Shown piece after piece: positions 23,468 to 35,077 of a stretch of 62,562 nt of DNA. Origin of the DNA: Phoronis australis. Its lineage: Eukaryota > Animalia > Phoronida. Within the stretch, counting starts at the first letter, position 1, and each line of letters starts with the position of its first letter. A program made the translations under genes and the position numbers. The DNA is taken from positions 1 to 62,562 of the forward strand of contig NMRA01000500.1 in assembly GCA_002633005.1 (NCBI GenBank), written 5' to 3'. The notes under the pieces are model-generated. The model was not told the origin of the DNA. It did not search any database and saw nothing but the letters and a program-made list of their open reading frames with translations.

Positions 23468-25395
23468 TCTAGAGTTTGGACTGATGTAAATAGTAGTAAA
23501 TACTCACCAACGATGTAAATAGTAGTAAGTACTCACCAACGATGTCAATAGTAGTAAGTACTCACCAACGATATAAATAGTAGTAAATACTCACCAACAA
23601 TGTAAATTGTAGTAAATACTCACCAAAGATGTAAATAGTAGTAAATACTCACCAAAGATGTAAATAGTAGTAAAAACTCACCAACGATGTAAATAGTAGT
23701 AAATACTCACCAACAATGCTAATAGTACTCACCAATGATGTAAATAGTAGTAAATACTCACCAACGAAGTAAATAGTAGTAAATACTCACCAACAGTGTG
23801 AATAGTAAATACTCACCAATTATGTAAATAGTAGTAAATACTCACCAACGATGTAAATTGTAGTAAATACTCACCAAAGATGTAAATAGTAGTAAATACT
23901 CACCACTAAAGATGTAAATAGTAGTAAAAACTCACCAACGATGTAAATAGTAGTAAGTACTCACCAACGACGTAAATAGTAGTAAGTACTCACCAACGAT
24001 GTAAATAGTAGTAAGTACTCGCCAACGATGTAAATAGTAGTAAGTACTCATCAAAGATGTCAATAGTAGCAAGTACTCACCAACGATGTAAATAGTAGTA
24101 AATACTCACCAACGATGTAAATTGTAGTAAATACTCACCAAAGATGTAAATAGTAGTAAATACTCACCAAAGATGTAAATAGTAGTAAAAACTCACGAAC
24201 GATGTAAATAGCAGTAAGTACTCACCAACGATGTAAATAGTAGTAAGTACTCACCAACGATGTAAATAGTAGTAAAAATTCACCAACGATGTAAATAGTA
24301 AATACTCACAAACGATGTAAATAGTAGTAAATACTCACCTATGATGTAAATAGTAGTAAAAACTCACCAACGTTGTAAATAGTAAAAACTCACCAAAGAT
24401 GCAAATCAAACAATCTAGCATTTGGACTGACGTAAATAGCAATAAAACTCACTAAAGATGCAAATCAAACAATCAGGAGTTTGGACTGATGTAAATAGTA
24501 GTAAAAACTCACCAAAGATGTAAATAGTAGCAAAAACTCACCAACGATGTAAATAGGTTACTGTAGTAAATACTCACCAAAGATGCAAATAGTAGTAAAA
24601 ACTCACCAAAGATGCAAATCAAACAATCTAGCATTTGGACTGACGTAAATAGTAATAAAACTCACTAAAATGCAAATCAAACAATCAGGAGTTTGGACTG
24701 ATGTAAATAGTTAGTAGTAAAAACTCACCAAAGATGTAAATAGTAGTAAAAACTCACCAACGATGTAAATAGGTTACTGTAGTAAATATTCACCAAAGAT
24801 GCAAATAGTAATAAAAACTCACTAAAGATGCAAATCAAACAATCAGGAGTTTGAACTGATGTAAATAGTAGTAAAATCTCACCAAAGATGTAAATAGTAG
24901 TAAAAACTCACCAACGATGTAAATAGGTTACTGTAGTAAATACTCACCAAAGATGCAAATAGTAGTAAAAACTCACCAAAGATGCAAATCGAGCAATCTA
25001 GCATTTGGACTGACGTAAATAGTAATAAAACTCACTAAAGATGCAAATCAAACAATCAGGAGTTTGGACTGATGTAAATAGTAGTAAAAACTCACCAAAG
25101 ATGTAAATAGTAGTAAAAACTCACCAACGATGTAAATAGATTACTGTAGTAAATACTCACCAAAGATGCAAATAGTAGTAAAAACTCACCAAAGATGCAA
25201 ATCAAACAATCTAGCGTTTGGACTGATGTAAATAGTAGTAAAAACTCACCAAAGATACAAATCAAACAATCAGGAGTTTGGACTGATATAAATAGTTGTA
25301 AAAACTCACCAAAGATGCAAATCAAACAATCAGGAGTTTGGACTGTTGTAAATAGTAGTAAAAACTCACGAAAGATGCAAATCAAACAAGCAGGA
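23468..25395. repeat. Compound minisatellite with 29-bp and 60-bp units
   Basis: gatgtaaatagtagtaaatactcaccaac array grading into a 60-bp unit with added gatgcaaatcaaacaatcaggagtttggact. Confidence 0.95.
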
Positions 25396-25773
25396 CTAGT
25401 GTTCAACTCTGACCCAAGATAAAAGTACAGCAGAAGCTCTTTTTGGGATGCTGAATCACTAGCAAACTTCTGATTGGATGTTGCTGGCATGATTATCAGG
25501 GAGATAATTCTAGAGGACCTGGTTCACAACACAGCTCTTTCCAGATTTTTCCTCCTGGTCTCTTTTTTAGTCTTTTTAGACTCATTAAATTTTGTAAGTT
25601 AACCCAGATTCCTTATATTTGCTTACGTCAAATGCAGGAATTTTGCAGTTATTCGCGGAGTAGGTGACAGAGATAGAGTATGTTATTAGAAGTTGATTGG
25701 GTGTGAAGAAATTTTCATTATATTATCCAATGATGTCTGGAGAATAGGTTCGTCATTGGTCTCTAGAGGCATT

Positions 25774-26046
25774 GTATATAAAATGTTCACTCACTTAGAG
25801 ACGTGGTTGGTTGTTGGCAGACGTTTTGAGCTGGTCCGCCAGGTCTTTGTCGATGAATGCTCGTTAAGAATGCTGGAGTACAGGGGGGGTAGGTGGAGTC
25901 CTCTGTCTTGGTTCAAGAGGGGGCGCTGCATTCTTAACGAGCGTAAGGCGGGAAATCCCTCATTCATCGGCAAAGACCTGGCGGACCAGCTCGAAACGTC
26001 AGCCAACAACCAACCACGTCTCTAAGTTAATGAACATTTTATATAC
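25774..26046. mobile_element. Penelope-like 3' relic with inverted terminal arms
   Basis: 86-bp inverted arms; minus-strand PLLNQDRGLHLPPLY resembles the C-terminus of PLE GIY-YIG ORFs. Confidence 0.65.
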
Positions 26047-26199
26047 TATCCAATGATGTTAGACTTAGCCAAAACATCAAAGTGAGGTCATGCCTTTATT
26101 GATTTTCTTCAAAGTAATGAAACAAATTATAATCCATTGAGTTGTTATCATTGTTACCTATGGTTGTCAAAATATTTGTAGTGAGCTTTTTAACTCTTT

Positions 26200-27425
26200 T
26201 CATGTGCATAAAAAATTATGTTCACATGCAGTTTGCTTTGTGTCTGTCTGTTATCTTTGCTTATCATTGGATTATCTCAAAAACTGCTTGATGGATGATG
26301 ATAAAATTTGGCATTGATGCACTTTAGTGGAGACGATGTGCCAGCACCAATCTCTTTGACGAATTTGACTACCGTGGCACCCCCTTTTGATTGTTTTAGT
26401 TTTCAACAAGTCATTTTTATAATAGGTTACTTTAATTACCCTAAGTATTAATAGTAGACCCGTTAAGCTGCAAATGTTATTTTTACAAAACTTTATGATG
26501 TGCTCCAAAGATGCCAAGAAGTTCAGAATCACATGATTATTTTTTGCACATAATAAGATTCTGTGATTGATTAAGAAAGATTTTAAAATAATTTATGGGT
26601 CTACAATTAATAATTTAAAAGGTTATTTAAGAAATTTGACTCTTGGTAAAGATGGTATCCAATTACCAAAAGCAATTTTGCAGAAGTACATAGTGACAAG
26701 CCTCAATTGCTTTTCGGACACCTACTATGGCACTCCCTGTTGACCATTTCAGTTTTCTAATAATAAATTGCTTGTATGTCAGTTTTTGCCATCTCTTAAT
26801 GCACTGGTATTTGGAGGGAAAACACCATTACCAGTTGTTTTTCGAATTTGACTACCCTCCTCCCCTGTTGGCAATTTGGGTTGTTGACTTTACTGTCAAT
26901 TATTATTAAATAGCACTGCTGGACTTGGGTTGTGCTGTTAACTATTGATATTTGGATGGATTTGATAACTGTGGCACACCCCAATCTTGGTTTTCAAGTA
27001 GTTTTTGACAAAATATTGCTTGTCTGTGCATTATTGCTAAAATCGCTTGGCAGATTTTGACAAAACTAGACACAGATGTATGGTGGGACTGCTCCAGCAC
27101 TGGCAATTTTTGCATGGAGTTCACTGCAGTAGCACCCCTGTTGCATTTTTAACACAATGGTGGTCCGTTTCTTATTGTCAAAATGGAAAGACAGATTTTG
27201 TTGAGACTTGACAAGCGGCTTTAATTTATAACTGGGATATGACAGCATTCTGTTCATTATTAGACATATTGAGTTAAATTGCACCCATGTTGGTGAGTTT
27301 AGGTTTTGACAATATATTGCTTGCCCATTGTTTACTGTCAAATGGCTTTAAAGATTTTTTGACTGAACTTGTCAAGTTGTTGTTTTGTTGGGGTACGCCT
27401 AAACTAGTTGATTTCCGGCTTTTGT
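26200..27425 (+). mobile_element. Possible older HINE-like element of a different family
   Basis: gtctgtctgt near the start; recurring gcacccc/ccctgttg and aaaatttggca-like motifs; boundaries uncertain. Confidence 0.3.
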
Positions 27426-27769
27426 ATTATTGTGACCAAGTTAGTTAACAATTTAAAACAATATGCCTGTGAGTGTCAGCAAATACAAGAGGTGTCGGTT
27501 TTAAAACTTCATTGAGATACGCGAAACCAATAAACAGTTACACTCATCCGTCTCGTACAATTTTCTTTAGTTCGATTCTAAAAAAACAAAACTACACTGT
27601 TACTACTATAACAACTGTACTAGACATTAAAATTTATATTATTTGGTTCTTGACCTGGAGAATGTACCTTTAAGAAAGTGCTATGGATAACTAACTAGTA
27701 TGTTATTCTTATTTAATACTTTGTTCAAAAATTAGCAGATGTATGATGTAAGAAGCGTTTGAATTTCAG

Positions 27770-27964
27770 GTGAGAACTGTGTGATGCCTAGAGCACCTCG
27801 ACACGGTAAACTCAAGTGTAAACAGTACAAGTTTGGAAGAAAATGCAGAGTTGTATGTAATGCTGGTTATAGACTTCCAAGGAGACGTGCTAAGTACATG
27901 ACATGTGGACCACTGGGACTGTGGAATGGAAGAAGGGGAAGGTTTAGGGCTCCCTCTTGTGGTC
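27770..27964 (+). CDS. Exon 15, sushi/CCP domain, strongly basic
   Basis: ENCVMPRAPRHGKLKC...CRVVCNAGYRL...MTCGPLGLW...PSCG; phase 1-1. Confidence 0.92.
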
Positions 27965-28036
27965 GTAAGTATTCAGTTGATGCCTCTTGCATGTAAAATT
28001 ATAGTCGTCTCAAGCTGGTAACTGAGCTGTATCGTT

Positions 28037-28121
28037 GCTATCTATATGATGTGTGGATCATGGGGCTGTGGCATGGGAGAAAGGACAGGTTCAGGGCTCC
28101 CTCTTGTGGACACGAGTATTC
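28037..28121 (+). pseudogene. Degenerate duplicate of the exon 15 3' end and donor
   Basis: Aligns to 27889-27973 (shared agggctccctcttgtgg); donor cgtaag changed to cacgag. Confidence 0.75.
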
Positions 28122-28402
28122 TATACAGTCCATACTTGCTCAATGCACTAAAGTTACTCACTTCACTAATTGTCTACAGCATTCTTGTCGTTTTCCCAAT
28201 GCATTTTGGGACAGGTGTCGTAAATAAAGTATTTGTGATATTACAGATAGCTTGGTAACATGCTTTTTGGGACTGCATTTATAAAATGACAGTGGCAGAT
28301 GAAATACCTCAAATTCTGAGATATGCCCATGGCAGTCCTTCAGTGTTAAGTCAAAGACCTCATCTGTTGCTTATAGATCTTCATGTATCCCCTTACCTGT
28401 AG

Positions 28403-28655
28403 GTGTGCGAAGACTTAGACGGCGATATCGTTTGAGGTCACGTTACGTCTTCATCCTGCAGTGCTCTTCTACCTTGGAAATCCGTATACGCACATTTGTC
28501 AGGGCTTTATTTGGGCGACTGAATAGGCGGTGGAAAGGTTTATGCCGTGATAGCAACTGCAATCGTATTCGTGTTGTGTTGAGATGCACAGGGTTCAGAC
28601 AGAAGCGCAACACTGAAATTCCTGGTACAGTAACCATCGAACTTGATGACACTGA
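28403..28655 (+). CDS. Exon 16, Arg-rich linker with RQKR furin-type motif
   Basis: RVRRLRRRYRLRSRYVF...CTGFRQKRNTEIPGTVTIELDDT; tgtag acceptor, gtaag donor; phase 1-2 fits neighbours. Confidence 0.88.
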
Positions 28656-30189
28656 GTAAGTTAATTACTTAAACTTATTACGTCCATAAGTAGAGCGATT
28701 GTTTATTTCAATGATTCATCTCTCAGCCTCTGTATAATACACACTCGACATCTTAGAATGTTTTCTATTTTTTTTTCGAGACAGTCGTCTGCTCGTAGCT
28801 TCGGTCTCGTTGGGACATTCCCAGATGAAATGAATTCTCGATAGGATATGGCAGTAGTATTCCTATGTATGTGGGATAACCTATATATATTTAACAAGTT
28901 ACAGATTAGTATATTTTGTGTTGCATGAATGATGACCATTCCCTTGACTGGGCAATTAAAATGTTGTTGGAAAATTAAATCAAAATAAAGACCATAGTTG
29001 AGAAGTCATGATGTTTGCCTATAGTTTTAGTCATTTGTCTAATGTCTACGTAATCACCAAGCTGGCTGCCATTTCTCGAGTGCTTTTCAGACTTAAAGAT
29101 GTATTTGCATGTTCCTTACTATGCTAATGTATAACAAGAACTAAACCACAATGTTATTTTAACATAATCTATCCTAAACAATGTGCATTTTTTTGTATTC
29201 ACTGACAACTTGTTATTCCCCAACACCCCATCACGATACTTACTGGACACGGTTCATTGATTTGCGGCTGATCATTTTCGCCACAACACTGGTTCTTAAT
29301 AACATTTGGCAATTTTCAACCTACTTCATATTCACATCGTTGTTATATATTTGTTTCAAAATAATTTGGCCAAGCAATCACAGAGATAAGGAATTAGCCT
29401 GCAAGTTACACTATGAGGTTATGGAAAATATCCAGTATTGGCCAACTTGAGGGCGTCGCGTGTCAGAAAGGGCTGCTCAGATTTATAGGAAACTTTAGTA
29501 TTTTGCCTTGGGCACCGTTGTCCAAAACGGTGTTAGGAATTGTTTTTAAAATGTTTTGCATGTTGGGTTATCAAAAATGGAACTCCTGATTTTTTCGAAA
29601 AAATCTTAAAGTTGCACAAAATGGCAGCGAAATGATAATTTAGAAAACTGTAACAGTTTCATGAAATTTTATCTTAAACATTTATATCATACAAACTTTG
29701 GTCATGTTATTGGTCCTCTTGTTTCTTTTCTGCTAAATTTTCCTGGAAAGCAAGGTCATGAGACCTAATTTGTGACAGTTGATATATAAATTCAAAAATC
29801 AAACTCTACGGAATTTCTATTTCATAACTTATTATATTCTGTTGCTGAGTCAAATTCTATAGTTTTGTAGATATTTGACTAAAGTACACACTTGCCAATG
29901 TAGTCCTACATAACTTTAAACAAACTAGGTGTCACTAGCGTCAATTGTTCATACGCACTTCATTTAATTACTGATATCCTGGTGTTTGTGACATGCTTGG
30001 TCTGTTATTTCTTCTATCCAGCATTTGTTGAGCAATTTTACATAATATTTTAGCTCGCATTTTACAAATTTCACTAAACCAATTTTCAAAATTATTCTTT
30101 TGTGTGCCACAATTATAGATTGACACGCAGTCAACTTTTGCATTCTTTACGCTTCATGCGTGTATTTAGTGTTGGAATTGCCATTTCAG

Positions 30190-30283
30190 GACCACACTCA
30201 ATAGCACAGATAATGAAACCATGGCAACACAAGACATCTTAAACAAGGAACTTGTGGACAACACAACTGCTTTGCGAGACTTG
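30190..30283 (+). CDS. Exon 17, acidic linker
   Basis: TTLNSTDNETMATQDILNKELVDNTTALRDL; tttcag acceptor, gtaag donor; phase 2-0. Confidence 0.82.
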
Positions 30284-30740
30284 GTAAGAATGTCACAATC
30301 TTGTATTCTTCCCATATGATTGTGTACTTAGATATAGTAAATATGTAAATTGTATTTTGAAATCTGATAAAAGTCACACTTTATCAGTTTCCTCACGCTG
30401 TTTCATTGATTAATCATTAAGGATTATTTTTCAAAATGTTTTTGTTCTGTTCCATTCGTTTTATGGCATTACTGAACACCTTTTGGAATGTTTAAAGTGT
30501 CTCTCTATTTTAGCTGGAGTACCTACTTTCTCTTATGTACTTATGCTGTTGTTGTTCAATGTAAACTTTCTATGACCAGCCACAACAAAACACCAGCAAC
30601 CATTTTCAGTCTCTGCATATTTTTACATTTTTTTTTTGTTTTTACATATTCATGCATTACACTGATTATATTCATGCATTACATTGGCCATATTCAGTTC
30701 ATTTCTTCCTCTCATAGCATTGTTAAATCTTTTTTCTCAG

Positions 30741-30837
30741 GGTCTCTCTGTGATTAATACAACACAGCTTCCTGAGACAGTGGTTGAGTCTGAACCAGAC
30801 TGCCCTAATGGAACTGTGTATGAAACTGATGCCTGTG
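30741..30837 (+). CDS. Exon 18, lead-in to the Cys-rich repeats
   Basis: GLSVINTTQLPETVVESEPDCPNGTVYETDAC; strong pyrimidine tract; phase 0-1. Confidence 0.87.
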
Positions 30838-30840
30838 GTA

Positions 30841-31544
30841 AGTTCATCTGTGACTTACATTGAACTTGAACCTGAGTTGTTTATGGATTCTATTTTGTGG
30901 GACCTGTATTCCATCCATTTCCATAGTTCCTCTGTGACTTACATTGAACTTGAACCTGAGTTGTTTATGGATTCTATTTTGTGGGACCTGTATTCCATCC
31001 ATGTCCATAGTTCCTCTGTGACTTACATTGAACTTGAACCTGAGTTGTTTATGGATTCTATTTTGTGGGACCTGTATTCCATCCATGTCCATAGTTCCTC
31101 TGTGACTTACATTGAACTTGAACCTGAGTTGTTTATGGATTCTATTTTGTGGGACCTGTATTCCATCCATGTCCATAGTTCCTCTGTGACTTACATTGAA
31201 CTTGAACCTGAGTTGTTTATGGATTCTATTTTGTGGGACCTGTATTCCATCCATGTCCATAGTTCCTCTGTGACTTACATTGAACTTGAACCTGAGTTGT
31301 TTATGGATTCTATTTTGTGGGACCTGTATTCCATCCATGTCCATAGTTCCTCTGTGACTTACATTGAACTTGAACCTGAGTTGTTTATGGATTCTATTTT
31401 GTGGGACCTGTATTCCATCCATGTCCATAGTTCCTCTGTGACTTACATTGAACTTGAACCTGAGTTGTTTATGGATTCTATTTTGTGGGACCTGTATTCC
31501 ATCCATGTCCATAGTTCCTCTGTGACTTACATTGAACTTGAACC
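30841..31544. repeat. 84-bp minisatellite, more than 8 near-identical copies, runs into a gap
   Basis: agttcctctgtgacttacattgaacttgaacctgag...ccatgtccat. Confidence 0.97.
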
Positions 31545-32142
31545 NNNNNNNNNNNNNNNNNNNNNNNNNNNNNNNNNNNNNNNNNNNNNNNNNNNNNNNN
31601 NNNNNNNNNNNNNNNNNNNNNNNNNNNNNNNNNNNNNNNNNNNNNNNNNNNNNNNNNNNNNNNNNNNNNNNNNNNNNNNNNNNNNNNNNNNNNNNNNNNN
31701 NNNNNNNNNNNNNNNNNNNNNNNNNNNNNNNNNNNNNNNNNNNNNNNNNNNNNNNNNNNNNNNNNNNNNNNNNNNNNNNNNNNNNNNNNNNNNNNNNNNN
31801 NNNNNNNNNNNNNNNNNNNNNNNNNNNNNNNNNNNNNNNNNNNNNNNNNNNNNNNNNNNNNNNNNNNNNNNNNNNNNNNNNNNNNNNNNNNNNNNNNNNN
31901 NNNNNNNNNNNNNNNNNNNNNNNNNNNNNNNNNNNNNNNNNNNNNNNNNNNNNNATGTTTGCTTCTTGAACTCTGCGACTGGACTCCTCGTGTCTGACAG
32001 AGACAAAGCTTAAGTACACAATTTCAACCAATCAGACACGATCTGAAGGGCAAGGCCCATAGCTCCTAGCTTCTGACCATATTTGGCCATGTCCAAAGGA
32101 CTCAACATCATAGGAAAATTCCATACGTAATACACAGCTTGA

Positions 32143-32156
32143 CCACTAGAGGGCGC
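32143..32156 (+). promoter_or_regulatory. CTCF-like motif
   Basis: CCACTAGAGGGCGC matches the CTCF core consensus; binding is not shown. Confidence 0.4.
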
Positions 32157-32374
32157 ATATATCTTACTTACATAATCATGTCCAGGGCACTCCTGTTACA
32201 GGTACATGTAGGATGACATCTACAGGTTTGTGCATTCAGCTAAATGCTCAAATATCTGTTGAAGCTATGATGTTAACTTAGTAAAATTACACATTTTCTG
32301 AAAGTAGAAAGCGTGTACAGTTTCATTTTTGGTTCTTTACCAGTTTGCCATTCATTGGGCCATGTCTCTATGTC

Positions 32375-33620
32375 TTTTTATGCACCCACATATTTATATT
32401 TGGGTGCATATTGTCGTCATTTCTGTCTCAGTCTGTCCGGGCATCTGGCAACCGCTGCTGTATCTCGTAAGCCCCTCACATGATCTTGATGAGATTTGGC
32501 AGATGTGTTTTTATGAAGCTGGTGACAGATGACAACAGATTTTGGACAGACCCGACGACTGGTGTACCCCTAGTGGCAATTAAGTTTTTTACGTTTATCC
32601 CTGTATCTTCAAAGGTCCTCAACAGATTTTCATGAAACTTGGCACATAGGCATCTATTAATGGGATGATGCTATCCTCCCATTTTTGGATGGGTTCAATT
32701 TATTTTTGCGCCACCTAGTGGCAATTTTTACCGTTTTTTGTCATCCACCATTCTATCAAGCAAACCGCTCTAAGGATGATAGTGAAAATTGTCTTGTATG
32801 TTCTTAATGTGAAGAGGGCGACTGATGATTTTCTAACAACTTTCAATTGACAACTGTGGCAGTTGCGTGTGATTATGCGCCTATGGCTGTATCTCGTAAA
32901 CGCTCTACATTAAATTTAGCAAGTATATTAAATATGAAGTTGACAACCGACGCCGATGACTTTCGGACGGATCGGAGTACCGGTGTGCACCCAAGTGGCA
33001 ATTTTAGTTTTTTACGTTTACCTCTGTATCTTAAAAGATCCTATACAGATTTTCATAAAATTTGGCAGATAGAGATTTAGTAGTGGGATAATGCTTTTCT
33101 TCCGTTTTCAGATGGATTCAAGGTATTTTGCACCACCTAGTGGCAATTTTTACTGCTTTTGGCATTCGCCTCTCTGTCAATCAAACTAGTCTAAGGATTT
33201 TAAAAATTGGCATATAATATATGTTCCTACTATGAAGAGGGCAGCTAACGGTGATTTTTCAACGACTTCGACTACTTTAGCGCCTCCAAGTGGCAGTTTT
33301 ATTTTTTTTGTGCGCCTGTAGCTGTATCTCCTAAACCCAATGCAGGATCTTTGTTAAATTTAGCAAGTGTATGTACATGAAGTTGACAACAGACGACAAC
33401 TTTCCGATGGATCTGCTGAACGCTATGCCACCTCTGTTTCTCTGAAGTTTCATGATCAATTTTAATTGGTAATTAGTTGTCTATTAAAGGAACGATGACA
33501 TGTTGCTGTTTTCGAATGGATTTGACATATCTTACGCCATCTAGTGGCCAATTTTAGGACATAAATAAACACCCCTAGAAGTACACTGTAGTGCATTCAT
33601 GGGTGCATTTCAACGCTTGA
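32375..33620 (+). mobile_element. HINE-like element, near complete
   Basis: 5' atgcaccca..tgggtgcat inverted pair (32380-32409), core repeats, 3' subTIR tgggtgcat (33600-33608) then caacgc. Confidence 0.75.
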
Positions 33621-33692
33621 TAATAAAATTTACCAAAAAAGATTCATAGCACAACTGAACACCATCAAATTTCATTTGATGTAAGTGTTTAA

Positions 33693-35077
33693 GGATATCT
33701 CAAACCTTATTCACAAAAATTTGCCATTTTTACAATATTTCACATGAGTCTAGCAAAATATCTTATCTTCATTTCGGTGGAACTTCAAATACAAAATATA
33801 TACAGTGTAGTGAGAAAAAAGATTTAGCAGAAACACCTTGGAACCGCACAACCACTTGTATATTTGTTTACTACTTATCCGAGGTCAAAGGTTACAGGGC
33901 GGTCACTCAAATCAGATCTCCCGCCAGGTACAGAGCAGCTTCGAATGTACCCTCTGCCCTTTCATTCACCGAGTCGCCATAATAGAGTCAACGTGGGGAA
34001 CTTATGATAGAAGGGTGCCGAGGAAAACGAAAACCAACGTAGTTTTGATCTTGTGGGAGTTTTGCATCTACATGCATACGACCGTTGAGTGAGAACGAAT
34101 GCTACAAGTCGCCTCACGCCTCTGTGGTCATGAACAAAGCAAGTTGCGAAAAGAAGATAAATCCTCACCCAAATTCCTTAATTCAATACTAAGTAAATTC
34201 ATTTGATATTTTGCTATTTCGATCTCATGCTAACGACATTGTTTAACCACCGACTCGATTTTGTTATCCATTTCTTACTTGGTTTCGTATCAGTCTCCCG
34301 GCACATGATATATACAAACTACTTAGTAACAATGGACTGTGACCTACACAGTTGGTCCTACCTCATGGCTAAGGACGGTATGTTGTAATGATAAAAGTTA
34401 ATTAGGCACTGCAAATTCATTTGTTATTGCGAGTGAATGTTGAAATAGCTAACATGGTTAAAGCACGTGTAGGTTATATTTACCGAAAACAAGTTTTCAA
34501 CGAATATTTAACTGAAGACTCTGAAATTTTCACTCGTTCCAGTTTAACTGGCTTTTTCTCGGCTTGGTGGAATTTGCTAAAACTTTCCAAACTTAATAAT
34601 TTATGTATTCATCTATCTCAAAAACATTCTTAGGATTTTCGATAAAAAGGCATAGTTTTGTTGTAATGTAACAAAGACGAATACAACTTCTGTTTTTTAC
34701 AAAAATTCCTTACGTTTGCAATTTGATTTGTCATAAAAACCAAATGAAAGGACTAATCAAAAATTCTTTACAGCTTTTTTGATGTAGCTGATCAAGTTTT
34801 CCTTTAAAAAGGTTTCATTGAAATCGACCGGGGGGTTATTTTACTATGAATGTACCTTTCTTAAAAATGAAATTTTGACTTTAAAAAGGTGTTAACGTAA
34901 TAATGATAATGGTACATAAATGCAAAACATATTTTTATATTCCCTGATCTTTGTTCTTTCAGAAAATATATGCTTTTACTAGTTGACAAAGCTTAGTTTT
35001 TTGATATATGAGTTAGAATGGAGGCCACTAAGTAAAATTTGAGATATACAAGTTGGAATTGGAGGTTTGAGATAACC
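33693..35077. mobile_element. Non-autonomous Kolobok-like DNA transposon
   Basis: TTAA on both sides; 15-bp TIR gg(a/t)tatctcaaacct; purine (GG) termini fit Kolobok rather than piggyBac. Confidence 0.75.

Noticed and set aside
23468-25395. CRISPR-like appearance of short regular repeats (also 14490, 50073, 51704, 53117)
   Set aside because: Head-to-tail units with no unique spacers, no cas genes, eukaryotic intron context.
30784-32031. 409-aa and 395-aa ORFs on opposite strands
   Set aside because: Produced by an 84-bp stop-free tandem unit plus an N-gap; out of frame with the exon.
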